Assembly: GCA_964599215.1 (NCBI GenBank)
Contig: CAZRDV010000005.1
Coordinates: forward strand, 1 to 58,317
From: an uncultured archaeon
Lineage (GTDB): Archaea > Aenigmatarchaeota > Aenigmatarchaeia > GW2011-AR5
DNA: 58,317 bases
Direction of reading: 5' to 3'
Shown here in pieces: positions 18,256 through 27,854 of the stretch. Each line of letters starts with the position of its first letter. Within the stretch, counting starts at the first letter, position 1. The notes under the pieces are model-generated. The model had not been told where the DNA came from. It ran no database searches and worked only from the letters and a program-made list of their open reading frames with translations. The position numbers and the translations under genes were made by a program.

Positions 18256-19419
18256 ATGCGGCTTAGCTACGGCCTGATGCTTCTTGTCTTGATATCAACA
18301 GCCTCTGCAGCTGATGTCGCTGTTTTCACAAGCCCTGACAGCAGCTTTTCTGCATTAAGTAACTTTCTGGAAGGAGCCAGCGAACTCAAAATAGCAACTT
18401 ACACCTTTGACTCGACTGACGTGATGAACAAGCTGCTAGATACAAACGCGAATATAACGATAATCGTGGAAAAAAGCCCTGTAGGCGGTTTTGTTGGCGA
18501 AGAGGTGCTTTGTAGGCTTGCTGAGCATGGAGCAGCGGTAATGCTTTATAACGGTCCATACAGGTACATGCATGCAAAGTATATCATCAAAGGAAGCTCG
18601 GTCTTAGTAAGCACTGAAAACTTAGGCAATACCGGCTTTTCCAGTAACCAGCAAGGCAACCGCGGCTGGGGCATTATAGTAGAAGATGAGGAAACAACAG
18701 AGGCATTTTTAGATGTATTTTATGAAGACCTTGCTGATTCTGAGGCATTTGTCTGCTCTTTAGAAAGCTATGAAATCGATTATGAAGAAGAAGGGGATTA
18801 CAAACCGATCTTCGGCACCAGGTATTATTCCAACCAGCTAGTAGAAACTTTAATTGCGCCTGATGCTGTTGATGCTGTTTTGGACATCATTAACTCAGCC
18901 GAGAAAAGCATCTACGTGGAGCAGTTCTACATATACAGGTACTGGGACAGGCAGACCAAGAGCCCTAATCTTTTTCTCGAGGCCCTTATAGAAAAGGCAC
19001 GCCAGGGCATTGATGTCAAAATCCTGCTGGACAGCTACTGGTACAATTTGGATAAAAACGATATAGCAAGCAATTTCTACACCAATCAATATGTAAATGA
19101 AATAGCAGAAAGCGAGAACCTGAACTTAGAATCAAGGCTTGCTGACCTTTCCATGATAGGCGTAGAGAAGTTGCATGTTAAAGGCATGATTGTGGACAAT
19201 ACCGCCTTCATCTCATCCATAAACTGGAACGAGAACTCGCCGCGGAACAATAGAGAGGTAGGAATTATTGTCAGCGGAGAGGCTGCACAGTATTTTGTAG
19301 ACGCCTTCATGTACGACTGGAGCGGAGAAAAGCCGCCTGAAGATTATACAACATTGGCTATTGTCATTATCATTGCAGGCATCGTAATTGTTATTATTGT
19401 CTGGAGAAAGCTGGTTTAA
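18256..19419 (+). CDS. Exported, C-terminally membrane-anchored phospholipase D family protein
   Basis: Signal peptide ...STASA; two HxK motifs (HAKYII..., HVKGMIVD) followed by STEN / SSINWN...NREVG; C-terminal TM plus WRK. Confidence 0.9.
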   Translation: MRLSYGLMLLVLISTASAADVAVFTSPDSSFSALSNFLEGASELKIATYTFDSTDVMNKLLDTNANITIIVEKSPVGGFVGEEVLCRLAEHGAAVMLYNGPYRYMHAKYIIKGSSVLVSTENLGNTGFSSNQQGNRGWGIIVEDEETTEAFLDVFYEDLADSEAFVCSLESYEIDYEEEGDYKPIFGTRYYSNQLVETLIAPDAVDAVLDIINSAEKSIYVEQFYIYRYWDRQTKSPNLFLEALIEKARQGIDVKILLDSYWYNLDKNDIASNFYTNQYVNEIAESENLNLESRLADLSMIGVEKLHVKGMIVDNTAFISSINWNENSPRNNREVGIIVSGEAAQYFVDAFMYDWSGEKPPEDYTTLAIVIIIAGIVIVIIVWRKLV

Positions 19420-19458
19420 AGAAATTTAAGATTATTGGCTACTATTAGGCGTGTTAAT

Positions 19459-20523
19459 ATGAATAAACCTATGAGCAGAAGGGAATTTATTAAAGGAGCA
19501 TCAGCTTTTGTGTTAACGCTTTTTCTATCCCGGTTGTATGGCTGCAGCCTCTTTCAAGATAGTCCAGAAGAGCTTATAGCAAGAGAGTACTTGAATGCCT
19601 GGAATGAAAACCTTGAGATGATAAAGCATGGCAAAATTCACTATACTGAACCAATAATAGCTGTGGGAGAGAGCCACGGATACAGGGGCGGCGACTTCAA
19701 TGGCATGACTGATATAGTAAAGGAATCAGGAACCAGGGCAGTTGGTCTGGAATTCCTGGAATATGGAGACCCTGTTGTAGAATCCTTTAACAACGGTTTA
19801 ACAACACCAGAACAGATGTTTAATCACTATAACTCCGGTAACATGTGGTCAAGGGACAAAAGCCTGCAAGACTTTTTAAGCTATATTCAGGAGAATGGAA
19901 TAAAACTCTACGGTATTGAGCTATTCTCAAAAGAAGAGTCTGGTGATACACAGAAGTTCCAAGAAGACAGATTTGAGTTTATGATAGATCGCATTGAAAA
20001 AATAATGAACAGTGAAGACAAGGGAGTTTTTTTAACAGGTTATAAGCATACAGGACCCAAAATAGTTAGATATACACTGCCTGTTGACGCTGTTACATCC
20101 GGTTTTTGGGAAGAGAATACAAAAGATGTTCTGAAAGAACCTTTAGAAATACAACGTTATCTTGGTAACACAGCAACGGAAATTGAGGGCTTCTATAAAC
20201 CTACAAACTATGCATTTTCCATGGAAGAACCAGTTAGGTATACTATAGAAGGAAGATTCGGTTCTGATGTGGACACCGTGTTCTTAGTTGAGCCGATTGA
20301 GATTGAAATAAAAACAGAGAAAATGCTGAGAAAACTGGAAAGTGCTGTAGGAAAAAATCCTATAGAGCAGGAGCGCGACAGGCTATACCAGAATATTGAA
20401 TTTATAAAAGAATCAAGCCCTATGGAATCCAATATTGATGAATACGGCATTGGGATTAAAGTCATTGGAGACACTCTTTATAATCCAGAACGTCATTTTT
20501 TCTTATATAGCAGTTTACTCTAA
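19459..20523 (+). CDS. Twin-arginine signal putative lipoprotein, possible EreA/ChaN/TIKI-like fold
   Basis: SRREFIK Tat motif, LYGC lipobox-like site; IIAVGESHG, AVGLEF, LYGIE, GYKH. Confidence 0.6.
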   Translation: MNKPMSRREFIKGASAFVLTLFLSRLYGCSLFQDSPEELIAREYLNAWNENLEMIKHGKIHYTEPIIAVGESHGYRGGDFNGMTDIVKESGTRAVGLEFLEYGDPVVESFNNGLTTPEQMFNHYNSGNMWSRDKSLQDFLSYIQENGIKLYGIELFSKEESGDTQKFQEDRFEFMIDRIEKIMNSEDKGVFLTGYKHTGPKIVRYTLPVDAVTSGFWEENTKDVLKEPLEIQRYLGNTATEIEGFYKPTNYAFSMEEPVRYTIEGRFGSDVDTVFLVEPIEIEIKTEKMLRKLESAVGKNPIEQERDRLYQNIEFIKESSPMESNIDEYGIGIKVIGDTLYNPERHFFLYSSLL

Positions 20524-20527
20524 AGAC

Positions 20528-20785
20528 TTACATACATTCCATGTTATTTCTTGTTTCTATGACGTATTCTGAATGTTCGATAAGATATTTCCCAAATTCC
20601 AATCCGATGTTATCGCCTTTGAGAGAATTGAAATAGTTTCTTGCTTTTTCTGGCAGGTCAGAAACAGCAACTTCATTTATTAAACTATTAGTGATTATAC
20701 CAGCTGGCAGACCGCTTATGCCATCTACTCATGTCTTCGCATACTTAAATCCAATTCTCAGATCACTAACATCTGGCATAGGCAT
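20528..20785 (-). pseudogene. 85-codon ORF interrupted by one in-frame TGA (20729-20731)
   Basis: MPMPDVSDLRIGFKYAKT*VDGISGLPAGIITNSLINEVAVSDLPEKARNYFNSLKGDNIGLEFGKYLIEHSEYVIETRNNMECM*. Confidence 0.35.
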
Positions 20786-20837
20786 TTCTATCCAGGAAAA
20801 GTTTAAATTTATATCTTCCGGGAACAAGTTATTTAAT

Positions 20838-22172
20838 ATGTACGAGAACTACTCGAAGAATATACAGCAGCTTCTCAGGAAAAATAGGATAGGAATTGGT
20901 CAGAAAATCGCCATAGAAAAAAACAAGGAGAAATACGAGGGCATTCTCATGCCAAAGAGCTCCGGCGATCCTAACTGCCTTGTAATTAAACTGGACAACG
21001 GCTACAACATCGGCATCAAACTCAAAAAAGCAAAGATAAAGAAGCTGAAAGAGAAAAGATCATTATCAAGGGCAAAAAAAACTTCTACTGTAAAGCATGA
21101 TCCATCAAAAAAGACGATAGCGATACTTCACATCGGAGGCACCGTTGCTTCCCGCGTTGATTACCGCACAGGCGGGACCTTTGCCTCTTTCACGCCAGAG
21201 GATTTGGTAGAGATGTTCCCTGAGCTCAACAGGATAGCCAATATACGAAGCCACCTTCTATTCCAGATGCTTTCAGAGGAGCTGGAGCCTGAACACTGGG
21301 TAAAAATAGCTGAGGAGATAAAAAAAGAGATAGACCATGGCTGTGACGGGATCATACTAACCCATGGAACAGACACCATGCATTATACATCCGCTGCCCT
21401 GTCTTTTATGCTTCAGGGCCTGCAGCTGCCTGTACTGCTTGTCGGCTCGCAGCGAAGCTCTGACCGGGGATCAAGCGATGCTGCAATGAACCTTATCTGC
21501 GCTGCAGATTTCATCGTAAAAAGTGATTTTGCCGGTGTTGCCATATGTATGCACGGCTCAATGAGCGATGAGTTCTGTTATATATTGCCGTCCTGCAAGA
21601 CAAGAAAGATGCACACATCAAGAAGGGACACCTTCAGGCCGATAAACGACATACCCATTGCAAAGGTCGATTACAGAACAGGAAAAATAGAATTCATGCA
21701 GGATTACACGAAAAAAAGCAGCCAGAAGTTGAGGTTAGACACAAAATTCGACAAGAAAGTAGCAATAGTAAGGACATATCCAGGGTTCTCATACAAGGAG
21801 CTGGAACTGTACAGGAATTATCGTGGAATTGTTATAGAGGGAACAGGACTTGGCCATGCATCTGTAACAGAACTGGATGAGATAACAAAAAAGCATCCTG
21901 AGCTGCTAAGGACAATAGAGAAGTTCGTAAAGAAAGGCATGCTGATTGTTATGACATCCCAGTGCCCTTACGGCAGAATCAATATGAATGTGTATTCTTC
22001 TGGAAGGGACCTGCAAAAAGCAGGGGTGATACCTGCTTACATGACAACAGAAACAGCCTTTGTAAAGCTTATCTGGGCTCTTGGCCACGGCAAAAAAGCA
22101 AAGGAATTATTTTCTGAAAACCTTGTCGGCGAGCTATTAGATAGAATAGACACCAGGGCTTTCTTGTTCTAA
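20838..22172 (+). CDS. gatD: Glu-tRNA(Gln) amidotransferase subunit D
   Basis: KLDNGYNIG N-domain, GGTVASRVDYRTG, HGTDTMHYT, GSQRSSDRGSSD, KMHTSRRD. Confidence 0.97.
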   Translation: MYENYSKNIQQLLRKNRIGIGQKIAIEKNKEKYEGILMPKSSGDPNCLVIKLDNGYNIGIKLKKAKIKKLKEKRSLSRAKKTSTVKHDPSKKTIAILHIGGTVASRVDYRTGGTFASFTPEDLVEMFPELNRIANIRSHLLFQMLSEELEPEHWVKIAEEIKKEIDHGCDGIILTHGTDTMHYTSAALSFMLQGLQLPVLLVGSQRSSDRGSSDAAMNLICAADFIVKSDFAGVAICMHGSMSDEFCYILPSCKTRKMHTSRRDTFRPINDIPIAKVDYRTGKIEFMQDYTKKSSQKLRLDTKFDKKVAIVRTYPGFSYKELELYRNYRGIVIEGTGLGHASVTELDEITKKHPELLRTIEKFVKKGMLIVMTSQCPYGRINMNVYSSGRDLQKAGVIPAYMTTETAFVKLIWALGHGKKAKELFSENLVGELLDRIDTRAFLF

Positions 22173-22471
22173 CCACTTCTCTTATGCTTAGAAATCAGTT
22201 CTGCAATACCGTCTGTTACATAAGATGGCAGCCTCATCATATCAATACTCCATGGGTATTCAGAACTAACAGTTTGCGAATGCTCAGTTAGTATTAACTC
22301 TGCTCCTGCTCCAGGTGGTTTAAGATAATGTATTTCATAGACCTTTCCAAAGCCAGCATCTCTGGCTTTCTCGAGAACTTCCTTCCCTCCCCTGACTATC
22401 TGGCCATTAATTTCTGTTAAGAATATGGTTTCCTCTTTTTCAATGACCCTGAAATATGAAGTAGTAACCAT
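22169..22471 (-). CDS. Hypothetical protein
   Basis: 100-aa ORF filling the gap, TATA-like element upstream. Confidence 0.55.
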   Translation of the reverse strand: MVTTSYFRVIEKEETIFLTEINGQIVRGGKEVLEKARDAGFGKVYEIHYLKPPGAGAELILTEHSQTVSSEYPWSIDMMRLPSYVTDGIAELISKHKRSG

Positions 22472-22526
22472 ACTAAGTCTATTACAGTAAATCTATAAAA
22501 ATCAACATGTTGTGTACAAGCCACAA

Positions 22527-23105
22527 TCATCTTCTTCGGTATTGTGGTCTTCGATACTGCTGCCTTTGTTGCGGTCTTTTGTACTGCGGTTTTTGAGGCG
22601 CACGCTCAGCACCTGTGTGGCTCTCCAGCATCCTGTAGATGAAATTCTCTACTTTTTTCGGGTTTGATATGCCTGTCATGTACATCTCCTGGGTGCCTCT
22701 TGCTGTTGATATTTCAAGATCACCCAGGCCACACAGCTTTTCTATGAAGGACTGCGATATCTTGACATTTACTATCATGGAATAAGACAGCGACTCCATC
22801 TTTGTTGCAAGAAAACCTCTCATAAGAACTACGCGGTAGTTGGTTACGTAATACTTTCCTATTCTCTTTCTCCTTGTCTCCCCAATCAGGCAGAGAAAAA
22901 CACCAGGAAAGAAAGCTATGTACGCAATGAACTGGCTGCCTGGAAGCCCAGGGATGATACTAAGAATATCAAATACATTAAAGAACAAGACAGCTGAAAC
23001 AGCGAAGAAAAGAAAACCCCCAAGGAAGAATTTGAGCACTGCAGGGTATTTCCTGCTGGTCCCGAAGCTGGTATATATCTTCTCCCCTTCTGCAAGGAAA
23101 TTCAT
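22527..23105 (-). CDS. Membrane protein with bacterial-type PH (bPH_2) domain
   Basis: Two TM helices then YYVTNYRVV...IVNVKISQSFIEKLCGLGDLEISTA; Gln/Arg-rich tail. Confidence 0.85.
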   Translation of the reverse strand: MNFLAEGEKIYTSFGTSRKYPAVLKFFLGGFLFFAVSAVLFFNVFDILSIIPGLPGSQFIAYIAFFPGVFLCLIGETRRKRIGKYYVTNYRVVLMRGFLATKMESLSYSMIVNVKISQSFIEKLCGLGDLEISTARGTQEMYMTGISNPKKVENFIYRMLESHTGAERAPQKPQYKRPQQRQQYRRPQYRRR

Positions 23106-23143
23106 ATAACTATATTGGGGACCTTAATATAAAGTCTTTTTTA

Positions 23144-23587
23144 TCAGAACTTTGAAAGTATGACCAGTGTCTCTGTTTTAGCGACGCCGTCCATGTTTCT
23201 CAGGTATTTGATGATAAATTCGTTCAACTGTTCGATATCAGCAACTGTTACCCTGAGTATCATATCGTAGGTGCCTGTTATCACGTCAACCCTTTGCACA
23301 GGTTCCCGCAACCTGAGCTTCTTTGCAACATCATGCTGGGTTGTTTTCAACTGCTTCAGCACCTTGTAATCAACAGTAAGCAGAATGTAGGCAGATATGG
23401 TCTTCCCTAGTTTTTTATCGTTTAACCTGACTGTATACTTCCTTATTATGCCTGATTTCTCCATTCTTTTGATTCTGTTATGCACTGTTGTTGCTGGTAT
23501 TCCGGTCTTCTTTGATATCTGTTTTGTTGTCAGCTTTGCATTTTCTTTCAGCATGTCTAGAATCTTTGAATCTTTTTCATCCAGCAT
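23144..23587 (-). CDS. Lrp/AsnC family transcription regulator
   Basis: LDEKDSKILDML...TVHNRIKRMEKSGII; RAM domain ITGTYDMIL. Confidence 0.95.
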   Translation of the reverse strand: MLDEKDSKILDMLKENAKLTTKQISKKTGIPATTVHNRIKRMEKSGIIRKYTVRLNDKKLGKTISAYILLTVDYKVLKQLKTTQHDVAKKLRLREPVQRVDVITGTYDMILRVTVADIEQLNEFIIKYLRNMDGVAKTETLVILSKF

Positions 23588-23624
23588 AACGGAATATTAT
23601 TCCAAAACTATTTAAAAATAACGT

Positions 23625-23652
23625 ATTTTTGGTTAGATATTCAACCAAAAAT
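23625..23652. promoter_or_regulatory. 10-bp inverted repeat, candidate operator
   Basis: ATTTTTGGTT-N8-AACCAAAAAT between the divergent Lrp gene and the 79-aa ORF; a second palindrome GGAATATTATTCC lies at 23591-23603. Confidence 0.5.
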
Positions 23653-23682
23653 CGTTAAATTTATATCTGTGTATATAGTTAT

Positions 23683-23922
23683 ATGCAGCCTCTTACCAAA
23701 GGAGAGAAAATGGTTCTAAGGTTTCTAAGAAACTTTGCATTTAATATCAGTTCAGAAGATTTCAGGTATGGAATAGGGTCAACAAGAAAGCTACTGAAGA
23801 ACTGCAACGGCAGTTACAAGAAGGGCTTGTTCTTCAAGACACTGCTTGCTGAGGTATCCAGGGACATTGACTGGAAACTTGCTTCTGAGATGGAAGACGA
23901 ATTCGCAACCAGGTTAAATTAG
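23683..23922 (+). CDS. Hypothetical protein
   Basis: 79-aa ORF with ATG about 20 nt after TTTATAT. Confidence 0.55.
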   Translation: MQPLTKGEKMVLRFLRNFAFNISSEDFRYGIGSTRKLLKNCNGSYKKGLFFKTLLAEVSRDIDWKLASEMEDEFATRLN

Positions 23923-23970
23923 ACTCCATGAACCAGCTAATTCTTTTAAGTTGTCATATTCAATATTATT

Positions 23971-25767
23971 ATGGATATAATGGATTACAAGAAATTACTG
24001 AAATGCGGTATTGAAATCCACCAGAGGCTGGATACAAAGAAACTGTTCTGTGAATGCTCTTCTACTCAGGAAGAACAAAGCAATGCCTCTATCAACCGCA
24101 GGCTGAGGTCAGTACCTGGGGAGCTTGGTGAGGTTGATCCTGCTGCTCTTTTTGAGTTCCTGAGAAGCAAGGAATTTGTTTACAGGATATCGCCTAGAGA
24201 ATCTTGCCTAGTGGAATGTGATGAAGAGCCGCCGCATCCGATAAACAAAGAGGCATTAGGCATTGCATTGCAGATATGCAAGCTACTGAAATGCACTATA
24301 CCTGAAGAAATCCATGTAATGAGGAAGACTGTGATAGATGGATCTAATACTTGCGGGTTCCAGAGAACAGCAATAATAGGCCTTAATGGCTGTTTAGAAA
24401 CGAACTTGGGCAAGATAGGCATACCTACTGTATGCCTGGAAGAAGAAGCAGCAAGGATAGAAGAAAAGAGCAATGGCAGGGTTTTCTATAAGCTAAGCGG
24501 GCTTGGGATTCCGCTGGTGGAGATAGCAACCTCGCCTGACATTGTTTCGCCAGATCAGGCAAGGGATGTTGCTGAAAGGCTAGGCTTGATTTTACGCTCA
24601 TGCAAGGTCCAGCGAGGCATCGGCTCTATACGACAGGATATAAACATCTCTATAAAGGAGGGAACAAGGATCGAGATAAAGGGCTTTCAGGAGCTTGGTA
24701 GAATAGAAAAATTGATTGAGAACGAGGTAGCAAGGCAGCTCTGTCTTATTGAGATAAAGAATGAGTTAAGAAAAAGGGGCTTTGCTAAAATCAATGAATA
24801 CCATGATGTTACAGCACTGTTCAAAAGCACGAAATGCAACTTCATAAGAAAGGCACTTCAGCATGGAAAGGTACTTGCAGCATTGCTGCCGAAATTCTCA
24901 GGACTCTTGAAAAAAGAATGCGGTGACAGAACCTTTGGCAAAGAGCTTTCTTCATATGCAGAGGCTTATGGCTATGGGATAATGCATTCGGACGAAGATA
25001 TAGAAAAATATTCTCTGTCATGGGAGTTCCAGAAGCTCAGGGATGAAATGAAAGCCGGCAATAAGGATTTGATACTAATAATTGCAGGAGAGAACCCTGA
25101 AAAGGCAATGAGCTCTGTTATTGAAAGAGCACAATACTGCATAATCGGAGTGCCGCCTGAAACAAGGGTTAGCGATGGCATTGGCAGCAAATACACAAGA
25201 CCGCTGCCTGGGGCAGAGAGAATGTATCCTGAGACGGACGTGCCTGCTATAAAAACCGATCTCAAAGGCATAGCAGCACCTAGAACATTACTAGATAAGG
25301 AGAAAGACCTGGAGAAGAAGCTGTCAAAAGAGCTTGCATCTCAGATGATAAGGTCGCGTTACTACCCGCTCTTCGAGGAATTCCAGAGATTTAGAATTGA
25401 ACCAAGCGTGATAGCAGGCACGCTGCTGTCAACAATGAAGGACCTCAGGAGAAAGGGATTTGCTGTTGAGCGTGTAGGTAAACAGGACCTGGAGAAAATT
25501 TTTTTCTCTGTAGAGAAGAATCTAATTTCAAAGGATTCGATACCTGCAGTTATCGAGGCTCTTGCAAAGGGAGAGAGCATAACAGGCACGCTTAACAAAT
25601 ATCAGCAGCTAGATGAAAAAGAGCTGCAGGCAATAATAAACAGTGTTGTTAAAGCTAATCCCGGCAAGAAAGAATCAATGCTCATGGGATTGGTAATGGA
25701 AAAGATCAGAAACAGAACAAGCGGTGAACGTGTTCTAAAACTACTTAGGAAAAAATCCAGGCAATAA
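23971..25767 (+). CDS. gatE: Glu-tRNA(Gln) amidotransferase subunit E
   Basis: GIEIHQRL, RKTVIDGSNTCGFQRT, CLEEEAAR, GIPLVEIAT, RPLPGAERMYPETD. Confidence 0.97.
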   Translation: MDIMDYKKLLKCGIEIHQRLDTKKLFCECSSTQEEQSNASINRRLRSVPGELGEVDPAALFEFLRSKEFVYRISPRESCLVECDEEPPHPINKEALGIALQICKLLKCTIPEEIHVMRKTVIDGSNTCGFQRTAIIGLNGCLETNLGKIGIPTVCLEEEAARIEEKSNGRVFYKLSGLGIPLVEIATSPDIVSPDQARDVAERLGLILRSCKVQRGIGSIRQDINISIKEGTRIEIKGFQELGRIEKLIENEVARQLCLIEIKNELRKRGFAKINEYHDVTALFKSTKCNFIRKALQHGKVLAALLPKFSGLLKKECGDRTFGKELSSYAEAYGYGIMHSDEDIEKYSLSWEFQKLRDEMKAGNKDLILIIAGENPEKAMSSVIERAQYCIIGVPPETRVSDGIGSKYTRPLPGAERMYPETDVPAIKTDLKGIAAPRTLLDKEKDLEKKLSKELASQMIRSRYYPLFEEFQRFRIEPSVIAGTLLSTMKDLRRKGFAVERVGKQDLEKIFFSVEKNLISKDSIPAVIEALAKGESITGTLNKYQQLDEKELQAIINSVVKANPGKKESMLMGLVMEKIRNRTSGERVLKLLRKKSRQ

Positions 25768-25802
25768 CTAAATGATTTTAAGTACATGAAACAAATATAA
25801 TT

Positions 25803-26171
25803 ATGGATATATTCGGGCTTTCCCTGAGTATAAGCAGCGTATTGCTCTACCTGATAGATGCACTGATAGCATGGGTAGCACTTATTATTGCAGACAGTCT
25901 TATTGCGCATAATATAGAAGCCAAGAAAACGCTGATACTTTCGCTGGCCTCGTTCTTTGTTGTACCATTTCTGCTGCCGCTGCTGGGACTTGGTGCTCTC
26001 GGCGCTACGATTGTTGTCTCTGCAGTAGTATGGATAGGGCTTGGGGAACTGCTGCTAGAATCTGACTCAATGATGAAGCTCAAGGTATTGGCAATAGGTT
26101 TTGTTGTGTACTATGTTGTTTCCCTGTTCCTGGCTGGATATATCTTCAGCTTTTTATCAGGCTTCCTATAA
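25803..26171 (+). CDS. Hypothetical 4-TM membrane protein
   Basis: Almost entirely hydrophobic 122 aa. Confidence 0.75.
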   Translation: MDIFGLSLSISSVLLYLIDALIAWVALIIADSLIAHNIEAKKTLILSLASFFVVPFLLPLLGLGALGATIVVSAVVWIGLGELLLESDSMMKLKVLAIGFVVYYVVSLFLAGYIFSFLSGFL

Positions 26172-27411
26172 GGCTTCTTTCTGCCCTGGTTATTTTCACG
26201 TTCACTGCCTCTCCGAAGCCAGTTTTGCCTGAAATCACGATTGGCTTGTATGCATGATTCCTTGCAATCCAGTTTTTCTTCTGCTTGTTGTATTCATCTA
26301 CTAGTGCAGGGCCTGACCAGTTAAGCCATTTCCTGTTCCTCTCCAGAGCTATCTCATCAACGAGCTTAGAAATAACCCTGCTCCTGTCCTTTCTTAGCTG
26401 TACTGGTAGCTGCCGCATAGCTGCTGCTTTTGTTTTTGGCCTTGGCCCGAACCTGGATACATTTACAAAATCAGGCCTTGTTTCTCTTACGAGTTCAAGA
26501 GAAGAAGCAAAATCATCATTACTCTCGCCTGGAAATCCTACTATTACGTCTGTCCATATCGTGATATCTGGAATATTTTTTTTGAATTTTGAGATTATTT
26601 CTTTGAAAGCAGAAGCTGAATAATCTCTGTTCATTCTTTCCAGTACCTCATCACTGCCGGACTGAACAGGCGGGTGAAGGAACTTGAACACGTGCTCGTT
26701 TCTATAGATATCTATCAGCTCATCAAGTATAGGCAACACGCTCGAGGGGTTCATCATGCCCAGGCGAAGAAAATAGTTTCCATCCACCTCAATTATTTTT
26801 TTCAAAAGATGTGGTAATGTTATTCCGTTATAATCATATGCAGCAACATCCTGGCCTGTTAGCCAGAATTCCCTGCACCCATCTTTATAGGCAGATTCTA
26901 TCTCTTTTACAATCTCCTCAGGCGGATAGCAGAACAAGGAGCCTTTTGCAAGCTTTGTTATGCAGTAAGAGCAGCTCTGAGAGCAGCCAGAGCAGATTTC
27001 TACTATATTAACAACAGGGTTCTTTCTTAGCTTGGGAAGGCAGGCTTTGCTTATCTTCTCCTTGCCTATTATTTCTATTCGCTCTGTGTTTTCAACAACG
27101 TTTCCTATCTCGTTTATTTTATTTGTGCTTACAAGACTTGCAGACGGTGCAATCCTTCTCAGCAGCTCAGGCTCTGCTTCTGGCATGCAGCCAGTTATTA
27201 TGAGCTTCTTTTCAGGATATTTTTCCTGAACAGACCTTATCCTGCTTATCAGCTTGTTTTCTGTCCTCTCCTTGACAATACAGGTGTTGATAATTATTAC
27301 ATCAGATTTCTCTATGTTATCTACCAGCTGATAGCTGCTCAACAGGCCTGCCATTATCTCGCTGTCGTTTCTGCTTGAACTACAGCCGTATGTTTCTATG
27401 TAGATTCTCAT
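26146..27411 (-). CDS. mtaB: Radical-SAM tRNA methylthiotransferase (MtaB/e-MtaB type)
   Basis: UPF0004 ETYGC...NTC...ITGC, CxxxCxxC (CSQSCSYC), QSGSD.VL..MNR, IVGFPGE, C-terminal TRAM domain. Confidence 0.93.
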   Translation of the reverse strand: MRIYIETYGCSSSRNDSEIMAGLLSSYQLVDNIEKSDVIIINTCIVKERTENKLISRIRSVQEKYPEKKLIITGCMPEAEPELLRRIAPSASLVSTNKINEIGNVVENTERIEIIGKEKISKACLPKLRKNPVVNIVEICSGCSQSCSYCITKLAKGSLFCYPPEEIVKEIESAYKDGCREFWLTGQDVAAYDYNGITLPHLLKKIIEVDGNYFLRLGMMNPSSVLPILDELIDIYRNEHVFKFLHPPVQSGSDEVLERMNRDYSASAFKEIISKFKKNIPDITIWTDVIVGFPGESNDDFASSLELVRETRPDFVNVSRFGPRPKTKAAAMRQLPVQLRKDRSRVISKLVDEIALERNRKWLNWSGPALVDEYNKQKKNWIARNHAYKPIVISGKTGFGEAVNVKITRAERSLIGSLIKS

Positions 27412-27438
27412 AGAAATCAATTACAAGGAAAGATTTAA

Positions 27439-27816
27439 TTAATACAACCTTATCTTAAGAGAACGAATGTCCTCTCTTTCTACCCTGCCTCCGAGTAGAT
27501 CTATTACAGGTTCTCTGTATTCATTAGGGTTTAGTATATGCTCTTCTTCATGGCTCAGAACAAATCCCCAGCCTTTAATGGAAGCATTACCCACCAGATT
27601 ATATGGTATCTTTTCCCTTGGTAAAATGGCAATCTCAGTATTTACATCTGTATGTGCAAATGCAAACGGATGGTATCTTTCTTCGTCAAATTCCCTCAGT
27701 TTAATATTCTTGTAATCAGGCTCAGGATTTAATCTGAGTTCTACAGAATCTCCTAATGACCCTTTATAGAAATCATCCAGTTTCTTATCAGTATATACAG
27801 GGATACGATGATACAT
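27439..27816 (-). CDS. Hypothetical protein with HExxH motif
   Basis: VLSHEEEHILNPNEY. Confidence 0.6.
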   Translation of the reverse strand: MYHRIPVYTDKKLDDFYKGSLGDSVELRLNPEPDYKNIKLREFDEERYHPFAFAHTDVNTEIAILPREKIPYNLVGNASIKGWGFVLSHEEEHILNPNEYREPVIDLLGGRVEREDIRSLKIRLY

Positions 27817-27854
27817 GCTTCTAATATCAGGAGAAGGTTTTTATTGCTATACAA

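Noticed and set aside
20729-20731. Genome-wide TGA recoding
   Set aside because: TGA terminates bona fide genes here (for example smc and the Nudix gene), and conserved genes have no internal TGA.
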